A stretch of DNA of 63,700 nucleotides, filler included, from Folioceros fuciformis (Eukaryota), in assembly GCA_049999805.1 (NCBI GenBank). It is 13 parts of 13 records of this genome, joined end to end, with 100 filler letters (N's around TTAATTAATTAA, not from the genome) between each part and the next. Parts side by side here need not be neighbours in the genome. Positions count along the whole stretch, not along the records: positions 1 to 13,840 come from JBNGIO010004366.1; 12 more parts are not named here. The stretch is one strand, 5' to 3'. How positions within the stretch are numbered: the first letter of the stretch is position 1; each line of letters starts with the position of its first letter. The position numbers and the translations under genes were made by a program. A model generated the notes under the pieces. The model did not search any database and was not told where the DNA came from. It saw nothing but the letters and a program-made list of their open reading frames with translations. This document shows, piece by piece, positions 1-10,479 of the stretch.

Positions 1-997
1 GGACGACTTGATACTCGCATGTAACAGTCCCTCCTTTATCACAAAAATTAATGGCCTCCTATCCAAGAAGTTCGATATGTCAAACTTAGGAGCTTTACAA
101 AGCTGCCTTGGCATTCATATTCAGAGAGATCGAAAGAAAAGAGTTTTAACTCTCACTCAACCAAGATACCTTCTTGATAGCGTAGACCAGCTTGGACTCA
201 AGGATGCAAAGCCTGCAGTCACACCTCTACCAAGTGGACTTAAGCTCAGCAAATCCATGAGCCCACAAACGCAAGCTGAAAAGGACAAAATGCTTCCTAT
301 CCCTTACCGCAAGGCAGTAGGAAAGCTCATATATGCAGCAAACACTACTCGTCCTGAAGTGGCATATTCCACAAGTGTGCTCTCACAATACTTGGAAAAC
401 CCTGCACAGGAGCACTGGACTTGTGTTAAGAGGGTATTTCGATACTTAAAGGGGACAGCACAGTATGGAATCGTTTACAAATACAAACCTGATGCCTCCC
501 TTGAACTGGATGTATATACCGATTCAGACTACGCTGGTGACATAGACAGTAGAAGATCTGTCTCTGGATATATCGTCATGTTTGCTGGGGGACCAATCTG
601 TTGGTCCAGCAAGAAGCAACCAACGGTTGCTCTTTCAAGCACAGAAGCCGAGTACCGTGTCCTCACAGCCGCTTCTAAAGAAATTGCTTGGTGCAAGCTG
701 CTTTTCAATGAACTCGGACTACCTCTCCCCACCTGCACAGTGATCAAAACAGACAGTCAGGGTTCTATAAACCTTGCACAAAACCCTGTGCATCACTCAC
801 GGACAAAACACGTTGAGGTGGAGTATCATTTCATCAGAGACTTGATTAAGAGTGGACAGGTTATACTTGAGTATGTGCCAACAGCAGAAAATCCAGCAGA
901 TATTATGACAAAAGCCCTAGGTAGGGAGCTGCACGAGAGGCACATGAAATGTTTAGGAATGGGGAAGCCGAATGACTTCCTCAGTCCTGCAGTTTAG
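1..997 (+). CDS. copia Pol C-terminal part (end of RT + RNase H), 5'-partial
   Basis: YTDSDYAGD, SSTEAEY, HSRTKHVEVEYHFIRD and NPADIMTKAL RNase H motifs; identical to 6926-7922. Confidence 0.96.
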   Translation, partial: DDLILACNSPSFITKINGLLSKKFDMSNLGALQSCLGIHIQRDRKKRVLTLTQPRYLLDSVDQLGLKDAKPAVTPLPSGLKLSKSMSPQTQAEKDKMLPIPYRKAVGKLIYAANTTRPEVAYSTSVLSQYLENPAQEHWTCVKRVFRYLKGTAQYGIVYKYKPDASLELDVYTDSDYAGDIDSRRSVSGYIVMFAGGPICWSSKKQPTVALSSTEAEYRVLTAASKEIAWCKLLFNELGLPLPTCTVIKTDSQGSINLAQNPVHHSRTKHVEVEYHFIRDLIKSGQVILEYVPTAENPADIMTKALGRELHERHMKCLGMGKPNDFLSPAV

Positions 998-1006
998 TGA
1001 CCCAAA

Positions 1007-1865
1007 CTACCAGTCTACGCTGTTTTCTTCCACACTATTTACAGCCACACTTGCACGACTGCCAAAGGAATCAGGCTCAGAGGAATCAGGATCATGTTCG
1101 GAAGGAGTGGTGAAGCTCTCATCCGATCTTGGAGAGTTTCTCTTCCTACGCTCCACGTAGGAGATCCTCTCCTCAGTCTCAAGGCTGTGCTCTTCCTCCA
1201 GCCTTAGTTCAGATCCTGCAGGGCAAGTGGGAGCTTGTTAGAGAACTGTGAGAAGAAAGCAATGGGGATGCTGACATAAAAGTAGACAGGGAACACTTGC
1301 TGTAAAAGCTGACCACATGGCGCTGATACTCGCGGCAGTGCTCTATCCTCACTCGTATCATCTTCAGATGGGTGTAAGGGCACTTATACCACAGAGGGGT
1401 ACAAGGAATAGCAAAAGAACCAAGGCTCACAATCTTGGTTTCCTCATCAGAGTGTGTAGGAACTGGAAATCTTATCGGCACAGTAGGCCTATAGTCAGAA
1501 TCAGCATACGCGAACTCACCAGCTTTGAAGCGGAACTTGGCACTTTGATCCCTTGAAAGAGACTTCTCTTTAGGGGTAGCCGTCTTGCGGGGAGCTGCCT
1601 TAAACGCAACAGCAGCCTTTGTCTTATAGGCTGTAGTCTCTGACGAGCGCCGCTGATCAAGAAAAGCTTTGGTGGTGCCGCGCGGCCTCCCTCGCGAACG
1701 CCTTCCGCCGCTGCCACCTTGAGCAGCAGGAGCAGGCATCTTTGCCGATCCTTGCTGCTGAGAGGAGGCGGCTGTTCTAGTCGGCTTGCTCACAAACCGC
1801 CCTAGCTTGTCACGATGGCAGACACGGCGCTTTGCAGGAGGGGAGTCAGTAGCTGAAGACGACAT
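1007..1865 (-). CDS. Putative spliced antisense accessory gene of the copia element (exons 1865-1520 and 1215-1007; ~184 aa; basic AT-hook/NLS N-terminus, acidic C-terminus)
   Basis: ATG at 1865. Consensus donor G|GTGAGT at 1520/1519. CTAAC branch site and TGCAG acceptor at 1216. Phases match and open a second exon (GSELRLEEEHSLETEERISYVERRKRNSPRSDESF...VDW*) ending 9 nt from the pol stop. The unspliced ORF 1209-1949 is also open. Confidence 0.6.
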
Positions 1866-2127
1866 CTTGAGCTCAGAGATCCTACGCTCCAACAGCTTAC
1901 AAATAAAGGACTTGAAGCGAGGAGGGATGCTATAAGGGTCGCGACGCACCTGCTACCTAAGTTTGTGCAGATACGCTCCATCGCGTTTCTTTAAAGGCAA
2001 AGGTGTCGGCGCAACCCAGTACATGCACACAGCGGAGCTTTCAGCTCAGCTCACAGTCTCACACTCGACCCGTGTTAGAGAAGGCGAAGAGGAGACGTCC
2101 GAATCGTCATAATCCAACAAGTGGGAG

Positions 2128-2359
2128 TGAAGGAGTATTGATGTTGGCATAATGAGATTAGGGTTATATTATATCCAGTTTCATATTGTGTGTATAGTTT
2201 AAAATGTCTTACCTCTTCGCTAGGGTTACGACTGTTAGTAATAGTCACACCCATTCATGAATAGTTAAGTTTAAGTTTTAATGTTTTACTAACTCTCTTT
2301 TTCTTGAATATATACAATGTTATTTTTATAATAAATCTACATCTGCATGTAATTTCTTA
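2128..2359 (+). repeat. LTR of the copia element (~230 nt; TG...TA)
   Basis: AT-rich segment between purine tract AAGTGGGAG (2119-2127) and the PBS at 2360. The 5' boundary could alternatively be 2136 (TATTG). Confidence 0.8.
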
Positions 2360-2371
2360 TGGTATCAGAGC
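2360..2371 (+). promoter_or_regulatory. Primer-binding site complementary to initiator tRNA-Met
   Basis: TGGTATCAGAGC, the canonical plant copia PBS; repeated at 9285-9296. Confidence 0.95.
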
Positions 2372-2719
2372 TTCTGATGTAGGTTACATTCAAATGAGTG
2401 TACATTAGATTGTGCATTTAATTTCATGCACAATCATGTCTCTTTTGCTTTCTTTCAAAAGGAAATTAGGTTTCTTTTTGAGAAAAGAAAAGAACATATT
2501 AAAATTCTTGTAGAAATTTTCTTTATATTTTATAAGGAGATGTGCTAAACCTGGATCTTGTTCCAGTGCATCTCTAGTCAGATTGCCTTAGGCAATTCTG
2601 GTAGAGGTACACTAGAACAACCGCCAGATCTTGCATACAGATTTCTGAAAATTATAGAGAATAGCTTACAGAAATGCATATAATTTGCATTTTACAAGCT
2701 TCTACAAATTTAGCCGTAA

Positions 2720-3428
2720 ATGGCTACCAATGGAAACAATGTCTGGCGCATTCCTGTTGAGCGTGCAAACAACAACAGGAGGCAGCAAAATGGAAATCAA
2801 AACAGGCACAATCTTGTTGAGTACATCCATCAACACATTGTGACATGGCTGTTGCGCAATCAAGATCTGCCTGATCTCTGCAGAAACCTACAGGAGGCCT
2901 TCAATACAATAGTGGAGACTCTCTACCCTGGTCAGAGATATTTGACTTTTGCTCCTTACTTTCCCAGACAGTCGATTCCACAAGTGGTGCGATTGCAGCG
3001 ATCTTCTGGTGGTAACCCTAATCATAGGGGACTTCTCACAACACATGCTGCATCAGACACAGGGATTTTTTCAGTTACTAACCAGGCTTGAATCATATCA
3101 AAACCACATAAAAAGAAATCATGGCAGTGTCATTCGACGCCTTATTGAGTCTAGTGCTGGTATTCAAAGTCTGAAAGAACAAATCTCTCACCTGAATTTC
3201 AAACTGTTGACTTTGTCGAGATCACATTTGCTTGCTAATTCCCCTCATTCTGGAGTATTACGCAGGCATACAAATAAGACAAACAGAAGTCACAGGTTTG
3301 ATGCACCCAATTGTTGCCCATCATACTCCACCCACGCAAACAATAAGTGGAAGATGAGGCATTTAAAACTAGAAAACAGTTCAACAGCAGCACAGTGCAG
3401 AGTTTCAAACCCTGTTTATGTTCTGTGA
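2720..3428 (+). CDS. Upstream sense accessory ORF(s) of the copia element (2720-3091 and overlapping 2949-3428), function unknown
   Basis: Two overlapping open frames in the 1.2-kb leader between PBS and gag, with helical/coiled-coil-like composition and no recognised motif. Confidence 0.45.
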
Positions 3429-3554
3429 TTGCTGATGTCTTCATGAACCAGGTATCATTTGTCCCCTAACATCTGTTCCTAGAACTCTGTTGTGATTAAC
3501 CTGCACAGCACAGGTTACAACTTCACACATTAGTGTCTGTTAAATCCTACAAAC

Positions 3555-5687
3555 ATGGGTGACGAAGATACCACACCCAAACTGTCCTATAACATAGGCA
3601 GTGACATGTTTAAGGAAAAGGACAGGTTCGGAGGGGAGAATTACGATATCTGGGTAATGAGGATGCAGGGTGCTCTTCAGAACAGAGGACTCTGGGATGT
3701 AACAACCGGAGATGATAAGTTAGATACAGATGATGCAGCAACTGTCAAGGCATGGACAGTCAGAAATGACGCAGCCATGTACATGATACGGTGTGGCCTA
3801 ACCTCTGAAATGTTGAGGCACACTTCAGGAGCAGTATCTGCATCAGATATCTGGTCTAGACTTCGTGAGCTTTACTCTGGTGGAAATTCAACCAGTCAGA
3901 TGGCAGCCCTCAAAAACCTTCAACTCTGCAAGATGCGAGATGGTGACTCAGTAGAAAAGCACATTGCTACTTTCAGACATCTTGTTTCTAAGTTGGAAGG
4001 AACAACACAGGAAGCCATCAAGGAAGATATGTTAGCACTTTATTTAATGCTTTCTTTACCTGCCTCCTGGTCGAATTTTGTGACTTCTTATAACACCTCA
4101 CAGGCACAAGCTCAGAAACTGGCATCTGCAGCCAGGATCAAGCTACCTCCCATGACCTTTTCTGAGTTAGTGGGAGCACTTCTTCAAGAAGAAGCCACGA
4201 GAGGTGGACCTAAGCATGGGAAACAGCAAGCACTCTACACCTCAAACAAGGGCAGAGGAAACAAACCATACCCTAGAGGCAAAAATACTACACCTATTGC
4301 AGGGAGCTCACAGGGAGCTTCCTCACAGAAGAAACCCAAGAAGACCGGGAAATGCAACTGGTGCAAAATTCCCGGCCATTGGGAAAACGAGTGTCGTAAG
4401 AAGCAGGCTGGCATACCTCGCAAGGAGGGCAATGCGAATGCTGAAACACACGTTGTAGTAAAGAAGCAATCCTCTCCTTCCGCCCTGACAGTAGGCGTAA
4501 GGGAGTTTTCTCAACCTCTAGTCTTTCCCACATGCTTATCTGCCATAGCAGAGTCTAGACCATTTCAAGAGTGGTACTTAGACACAGGTGCAACAGCGCA
4601 CATTTGCTTTGATAGAAGTGCCTTCTCCACCTACAGACAAGTAAAGGATCAGTTTGTCTATTTAGGTGATGACAGGGCATTGGTATCTCCAGGAAAGGGC
4701 ACAGTGTTCCTTCCTGTCCCTTCAGGGCTAAAACTGTCCCTTACCAATGTTTACTATGTGCCTGGAATGACTAGGAACCTCATTTCTGTCAGGCAACTGA
4801 ACATAGACAACAACAGTCACATTCTGTTTACCCCCACAGAGTGCCAGATCCTTGATGCATTTGATCATCGCAAGGTTTTAGCTTATGGATCTTCTGACCA
4901 TGATCTATTCCGACTTCACTTGCACAGTATCCCTGTGCAGTCCCACTTGACGTCACAAGGTGACCTCTCACCTTCACATCAAACAGACAAAGCCATATTA
5001 TGGCACAATAGGTTAGGTCATCCACATGGTGCTAAGCTGCAAAAACTGGCTACCAGTGACCTATACTATGATGGAAAGATTGGCACTCTTCCTACCTTAC
5101 CCCTGTGTGAAGCTTGTGTGTTATCTAAGCGTCACCAAGCAGCCTTCAAAAACAGGACCCCACACAGAGCCTCTGATGTCCTCGAGCTAGTCCACACTGA
5201 TATTTGTGGGCCACTGTCACAGCCTTCCATAGGTGGTGGCAAGTATTTCTTAACCTTCACTGATGACAAGACAAGGTTTGTCATGGCTTATATCTTGAAG
5301 GCCAAAAGTGAAGCCTTCTCTCAATTCAAAACTTATTTAAAATTTGTTGAGAGATGGACAGGACAACAGCTCAAGACCCTCCGCTCCGATAACGGAGGAG
5401 AATTCACATCTAACGAATTTCAAACATATTGTGCAGAGGAGGGTATTGGGCGCCAACTCACCGTCGTGTATACACCACAGCAAAATGGCGTTGCAGAGCG
5501 CCTGAATTTGACTTTGCAGGAGATGGTTTCCTCCTTGCTGCATCAGGCTACCTTACCATTGCCCTATTGGGCTGAGGCCCTAATGACAGCTGTGTATTTA
5601 CGAAATAGATTACCTACCACTGCAGTTGTCGGTCAGACGCCATATGAGGCTTTCTTTGGCAGGAAACCGTCTATCCTTCATCTTTGA
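3555..5687 (+). CDS. copia Gag-protease-integrase
   Basis: Gag N-terminus FGGENYDIW; zinc knuckle CNWCKIPGHWENEC; protease WYLDTGAT; integrase WHNRLGH...CEAC, HTDICGP, LRSDNGGEF, NGVAER. Ends at an in-frame TGA in place of the usual Arg of HLRTFGC. Confidence 0.96.
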   Translation: MGDEDTTPKLSYNIGSDMFKEKDRFGGENYDIWVMRMQGALQNRGLWDVTTGDDKLDTDDAATVKAWTVRNDAAMYMIRCGLTSEMLRHTSGAVSASDIWSRLRELYSGGNSTSQMAALKNLQLCKMRDGDSVEKHIATFRHLVSKLEGTTQEAIKEDMLALYLMLSLPASWSNFVTSYNTSQAQAQKLASAARIKLPPMTFSELVGALLQEEATRGGPKHGKQQALYTSNKGRGNKPYPRGKNTTPIAGSSQGASSQKKPKKTGKCNWCKIPGHWENECRKKQAGIPRKEGNANAETHVVVKKQSSPSALTVGVREFSQPLVFPTCLSAIAESRPFQEWYLDTGATAHICFDRSAFSTYRQVKDQFVYLGDDRALVSPGKGTVFLPVPSGLKLSLTNVYYVPGMTRNLISVRQLNIDNNSHILFTPTECQILDAFDHRKVLAYGSSDHDLFRLHLHSIPVQSHLTSQGDLSPSHQTDKAILWHNRLGHPHGAKLQKLATSDLYYDGKIGTLPTLPLCEACVLSKRHQAAFKNRTPHRASDVLELVHTDICGPLSQPSIGGGKYFLTFTDDKTRFVMAYILKAKSEAFSQFKTYLKFVERWTGQQLKTLRSDNGGEFTSNEFQTYCAEEGIGRQLTVVYTPQQNGVAERLNLTLQEMVSSLLHQATLPLPYWAEALMTAVYLRNRLPTTAVVGQTPYEAFFGRKPSILHL

Positions 5688-7922
5688 ACCTTTGGTTGTA
5701 TCGCTTATGCTTTCATCCCGAAGGAGAAGCGTAAGAAGCTATCTGCAAAAGCCAGAAAACTCCTTATGATAGGCTACACTGAGGGCATAAAAGCTTATAA
5801 ACTGTATGATGTCCCTCAGAACAAGGTGGTATATGCACGAAGCGTTACCTTTGACGAAGGACGTGTTTGGACGCCAGTGGGAACACCTCCCACTCCAGAT
5901 GATAGTGATGATCTGTCTGTTCTCCCCAATATCACTTTCTTTGATGACTCAACACCTGAGGAGATTGCTCCTGCAGGGGGGGATGAGCATGATAATCAAG
6001 ATAATCAAGTTAATCAAGTTGACCCAGCAGAGGACGATGCTTTTGCTGACCTTGATGAGCAGCAGCAGCAACCTCCCATTGCTGTTGAGCTACAACCAGA
6101 ACCGGACATACTAGATCCAGATTATGATGACGTTGCAGACGATGCAGCCGTTGTTCTGGACAGTGATGATGATGCTGATGCAGTTGAACAGCTACCACAT
6201 CCTGAACCCCCACCTGAACGTCGATACCCTGCAAGAGAAAGACATGCACCTGATTACTATCAATCACATGATTTCAGGTCAAGTTCAGCACGTGCTAATG
6301 CTATGAGTCTGGACCCTACAGAGCCTCGCACCTATGAAGAAGCTATGAGTAGGCCAGATGCTGCAGAGTGGAAAAAGGCCGTTCAGTCTGAGTATGACAG
6401 CCTCATCAAGAATGGCACTTGGGAACTCGCAAACTTACCTCCTGGACGCAAAATGGTGTCCTGTAAATGGGTATTTAAACTCAAGGTTAAAGCAGATGGT
6501 ACCTTTGATAGGTACAAAGCCAGACTCGTTGCTCGTGGCTTCTCCCAAGTACCAGGTCTGGATTATCTGGAAACTTATGCTCCTGTGGTGAAGCTAGCCA
6601 CGTTTCGTGTTCTCTGCGCAGTAGCAGCACACCATGACTATGAGTTGGAAATGTTTGACGTCAAAACAGCCTTCTTACATGGCAAGCTGGATACTGAAAT
6701 CTATATGCAGCAACCAATGGGCTACGTAGTAAAGGGAAAAGAGGACCATGTTCTTCGCCTAATCAAGACCCTGTATGGTTTAAAACAGTCAGCTCTTGAA
6801 TGGAATGCAGTCTTAGATGAGGAACTGCGAGCTTTAGGCTTCATCAAATGTGTTTCAGACAGTAGCCTGTATGTCTATAGGGCTGGAGACACTGTATGTT
6901 ACCTTGCTGTGTATGNNNNNNNNNNGGACGACTTGATACTCGCATGTAACAGTCCCTCCTTTATCACAAAAATTAATGGCCTCCTATCCAAGAAGTTCGA
7001 TATGTCAAACTTAGGAGCTTTACAAAGCTGCCTTGGCATTCATATTCAGAGAGATCGAAAGAAAAGAGTTTTAACTCTCACTCAACCAAGATACCTTCTT
7101 GATAGCGTAGACCAGCTTGGACTCAAGGATGCAAAGCCTGCAGTCACACCTCTACCAAGTGGACTTAAGCTCAGCAAATCCATGAGCCCACAAACGCAAG
7201 CTGAAAAGGACAAAATGCTTCCTATCCCTTACCGCAAGGCAGTAGGAAAGCTCATATATGCAGCAAACACTACTCGTCCTGAAGTGGCATATTCCACAAG
7301 TGTGCTCTCACAATACTTGGAAAACCCTGCACAGGAGCACTGGACTTGTGTTAAGAGGGTATTTCGATACTTAAAGGGGACAGCACAGTATGGAATCGTT
7401 TACAAATACAAACCTGATGCCTCCCTTGAACTGGATGTATATACCGATTCAGACTACGCTGGTGACATAGACAGTAGAAGATCTGTCTCTGGATATATCG
7501 TCATGTTTGCTGGGGGACCAATCTGTTGGTCCAGCAAGAAGCAACCAACGGTTGCTCTTTCAAGCACAGAAGCCGAGTACCGTGTCCTCACAGCCGCTTC
7601 TAAAGAAATTGCTTGGTGCAAGCTGCTTTTCAATGAACTCGGACTACCTCTCCCCACCTGCACAGTGATCAAAACAGACAGTCAGGGTTCTATAAACCTT
7701 GCACAAAACCCTGTGCATCACTCACGGACAAAACACGTTGAGGTGGAGTATCATTTCATCAGAGACTTGATTAAGAGTGGACAGGTTATACTTGAGTATG
7801 TGCCAACAGCAGAAAATCCAGCAGATATTATGACAAAAGCCCTAGGTAGGGAGCTGCACGAGAGGCACATGAAATGTTTAGGAATGGGGAAGCCGAATGA
7901 CTTCCTCAGTCCTGCAGTTTAG
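5688..7922 (+). CDS. copia integrase C-terminus, reverse transcriptase and RNase H (same frame as the upstream ORF)
   Basis: TFGCIAYA...IGY, KWVFKLK, RYKARLVARGF, DVKTAFL, LYGLKQS, YxDD and RNase H motifs. Confidence 0.96.
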   Translation, partial: TFGCIAYAFIPKEKRKKLSAKARKLLMIGYTEGIKAYKLYDVPQNKVVYARSVTFDEGRVWTPVGTPPTPDDSDDLSVLPNITFFDDSTPEEIAPAGGDEHDNQDNQVNQVDPAEDDAFADLDEQQQQPPIAVELQPEPDILDPDYDDVADDAAVVLDSDDDADAVEQLPHPEPPPERRYPARERHAPDYYQSHDFRSSSARANAMSLDPTEPRTYEEAMSRPDAAEWKKAVQSEYDSLIKNGTWELANLPPGRKMVSCKWVFKLKVKADGTFDRYKARLVARGFSQVPGLDYLETYAPVVKLATFRVLCAVAAHHDYELEMFDVKTAFLHGKLDTEIYMQQPMGYVVKGKEDHVLRLIKTLYGLKQSALEWNAVLDEELRALGFIKCVSDSSLYVYRAGDTVCYLAVYXXXXDDLILACNSPSFITKINGLLSKKFDMSNLGALQSCLGIHIQRDRKKRVLTLTQPRYLLDSVDQLGLKDAKPAVTPLPSGLKLSKSMSPQTQAEKDKMLPIPYRKAVGKLIYAANTTRPEVAYSTSVLSQYLENPAQEHWTCVKRVFRYLKGTAQYGIVYKYKPDASLELDVYTDSDYAGDIDSRRSVSGYIVMFAGGPICWSSKKQPTVALSSTEAEYRVLTAASKEIAWCKLLFNELGLPLPTCTVIKTDSQGSINLAQNPVHHSRTKHVEVEYHFIRDLIKSGQVILEYVPTAENPADIMTKALGRELHERHMKCLGMGKPNDFLSPAV

Positions 7923-7931
7923 TGACCCAAA

Positions 7932-8790
7932 CTACCAGTCTACGCTGTTTTCTTCCACACTATTTACAGCCACACTTGCACGACTGCCAAAGGAATCAGG
8001 CTCAGAGGAATCAGGATCATGTTCGGAAGGAGTGGTGAAGCTCTCATCCGATCTTGGAGAGTTTCTCTTCCTACGCTCCACGTAGGAGATCCTCTCCTCA
8101 GTCTCAAGGCTGTGCTCTTCCTCCAGCCTTAGTTCAGATCCTGCAGGGCAAGTGGGAGCTTGTTAGAGAACTGTGAGAAGAAAGCAATGGGGATGCTGAC
8201 ATAAAAGTAGACAGGGAACACTTGCTGTAAAAGCTGACCACATGGCGCTGATACTCGCGGCAGTGCTCTATCCTCACTCGTATCATCTTCAGATGGGTGT
8301 AAGGGCACTTATACCACAGAGGGGTACAAGGAATAGCAAAAGAACCAAGGCTCACAATCTTGGTTTCCTCATCAGAGTGTGTAGGAACTGGAAATCTTAT
8401 CGGCACAGTAGGCCTATAGTCAGAATCAGCATACGCGAACTCACCAGCTTTGAAGCGGAACTTGGCACTTTGATCCCTTGAAAGAGACTTCTCTTTAGGG
8501 GTAGCCGTCTTGCGGGGAGCTGCCTTAAACGCAACAGCAGCCTTTGTCTTATAGGCTGTAGTCTCTGACGAGCGCCGCTGATCAAGAAAAGCTTTGGTGG
8601 TGCCGCGCGGCCTCCCTCGCGAACGCCTTCCGCCGCTGCCACCTTGAGCAGCAGGAGCAGGCATCTTTGCCGATCCTTGCTGCTGAGAGGAGGCGGCTGT
8701 TCTAGTCGGCTTGCTCACAAACCGCCCTAGCTTGTCACGATGGCAGACACGGCGCTTTGCAGGAGGGGAGTCAGTAGCTGAAGACGACAT
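7932..8790 (-). CDS. Second copy of the putative spliced antisense accessory gene
   Basis: Same as 1007-1865, offset by 6925. Confidence 0.6.
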
Positions 8791-9052
8791 CTTGAGCTCA
8801 GAGATCCTACGCTCCAACAGCTTACAAATAAAGGACTTGAAGCGAGGAGGGATGCTATAAGGGTCGCGACGCACCTGCTACCTAAGTTTGTGCAGATACG
8901 CTCCATCGCGTTTCTTTAAAGGCAAAGGTGTCGGCGCAACCCAGTACATGCACACAGCGGAGCTTTCAGCTCAGCTCACAGTCTCACACTCGACCCGTGT
9001 TAGAGAAGGCGAAGAGGAGACGTCCGAATCGTCATAATCCAACAAGTGGGAG

Positions 9053-9284
9053 TGAAGGAGTATTGATGTTGGCATAATGAGATTAGGGTTATATTATATC
9101 CAGTTTCATATTGTGTGTATAGTTTAAAATGTCTTACCTCTTCGCTAGGGTTACGACTGTTAGTAATAGTCACACCCATTCATGAATAGTTAAGTTTAAG
9201 TTTTAATGTTTTACTAACTCTCTTTTTCTTGAATATATACAATGTTATTTTTATAATAAATCTACATCTGCATGTAATTTCTTA
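9053..9284 (+). repeat. LTR, second copy
   Basis: Same as 2128-2359, followed by the PBS at 9285. Confidence 0.8.
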
Positions 9285-9644
9285 TGGTATCAGAGCTTCT
9301 GATGTAGGTTACATTCAAATGAGTGTACATTAGATTGTGCATTTAATTTCATGCACAATCATGTCTCTTTTGCTTTCTTTCAAAAGGAAATTAGGTTTCT
9401 TTTTGAGAAAAGAAAAGAACATATTAAAATTCTTGTAGAAATTTTCTTTATATTTTATAAGGAGATGTGCTAAACCTGGATCTTGTTCCAGTGCATCTCT
9501 AGTCAGATTGCCTTAGGCAATTCTGGTAGAGGTACACTAGAACAACCGCCAGATCTTGCATACAGATTTCTGAAAATTATAGAGAATAGCTTACAGAAAT
9601 GCATATAATTTGCATTTTACAAGCTTCTACAAATTTAGCCGTAA

Positions 9645-10353
9645 ATGGCTACCAATGGAAACAATGTCTGGCGCATTCCTGTTGAGCGTGCAAACAACAA
9701 CAGGAGGCAGCAAAATGGAAATCAAAACAGGCACAATCTTGTTGAGTACATCCATCAACACATTGTGACATGGCTGTTGCGCAATCAAGATCTGCCTGAT
9801 CTCTGCAGAAACCTACAGGAGGCCTTCAATACAATAGTGGAGACTCTCTACCCTGGTCAGAGATATTTGACTTTTGCTCCTTACTTTCCCAGACAGTCGA
9901 TTCCACAAGTGGTGCGATTGCAGCGATCTTCTGGTGGTAACCCTAATCATAGGGGACTTCTCACAACACATGCTGCATCAGACACAGGGATTTTTTCAGT
10001 TACTAACCAGGCTTGAATCATATCAAAACCACATAAAAAGAAATCATGGCAGTGTCATTCGACGCCTTATTGAGTCTAGTGCTGGTATTCAAAGTCTGAA
10101 AGAACAAATCTCTCACCTGAATTTCAAACTGTTGACTTTGTCGAGATCACATTTGCTTGCTAATTCCCCTCATTCTGGAGTATTACGCAGGCATACAAAT
10201 AAGACAAACAGAAGTCACAGGTTTGATGCACCCAATTGTTGCCCATCATACTCCACCCACGCAAACAATAAGTGGAAGATGAGGCATTTAAAACTAGAAA
10301 ACAGTTCAACAGCAGCACAGTGCAGAGTTTCAAACCCTGTTTATGTTCTGTGA
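9645..10353 (+). CDS. Upstream sense accessory ORF(s), second copy
   Basis: Same as 2720-3428. Confidence 0.45.
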
Positions 10354-10479
10354 TTGCTGATGTCTTCATGAACCAGGTATCATTTGTCCCCTAACATCTG
10401 TTCCTAGAACTCTGTTGTGATTAACCTGCACAGCACAGGTTACAACTTCACACATTAGTGTCTGTTAAATCCTACAAAC

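Noticed and set aside
4490-4930. Possible gag-splicing intron across protease (GTAAGG ~4497, CACAG ~4927)
   Set aside because: Plausible for copia, but the sites are too generic to call without transcripts.
5685-5687. U-to-C RNA editing or selenocysteine rescue of the TGA
   Set aside because: Plant U-to-C editing is organellar and the conserved residue is Arg; CpG decay is simpler.
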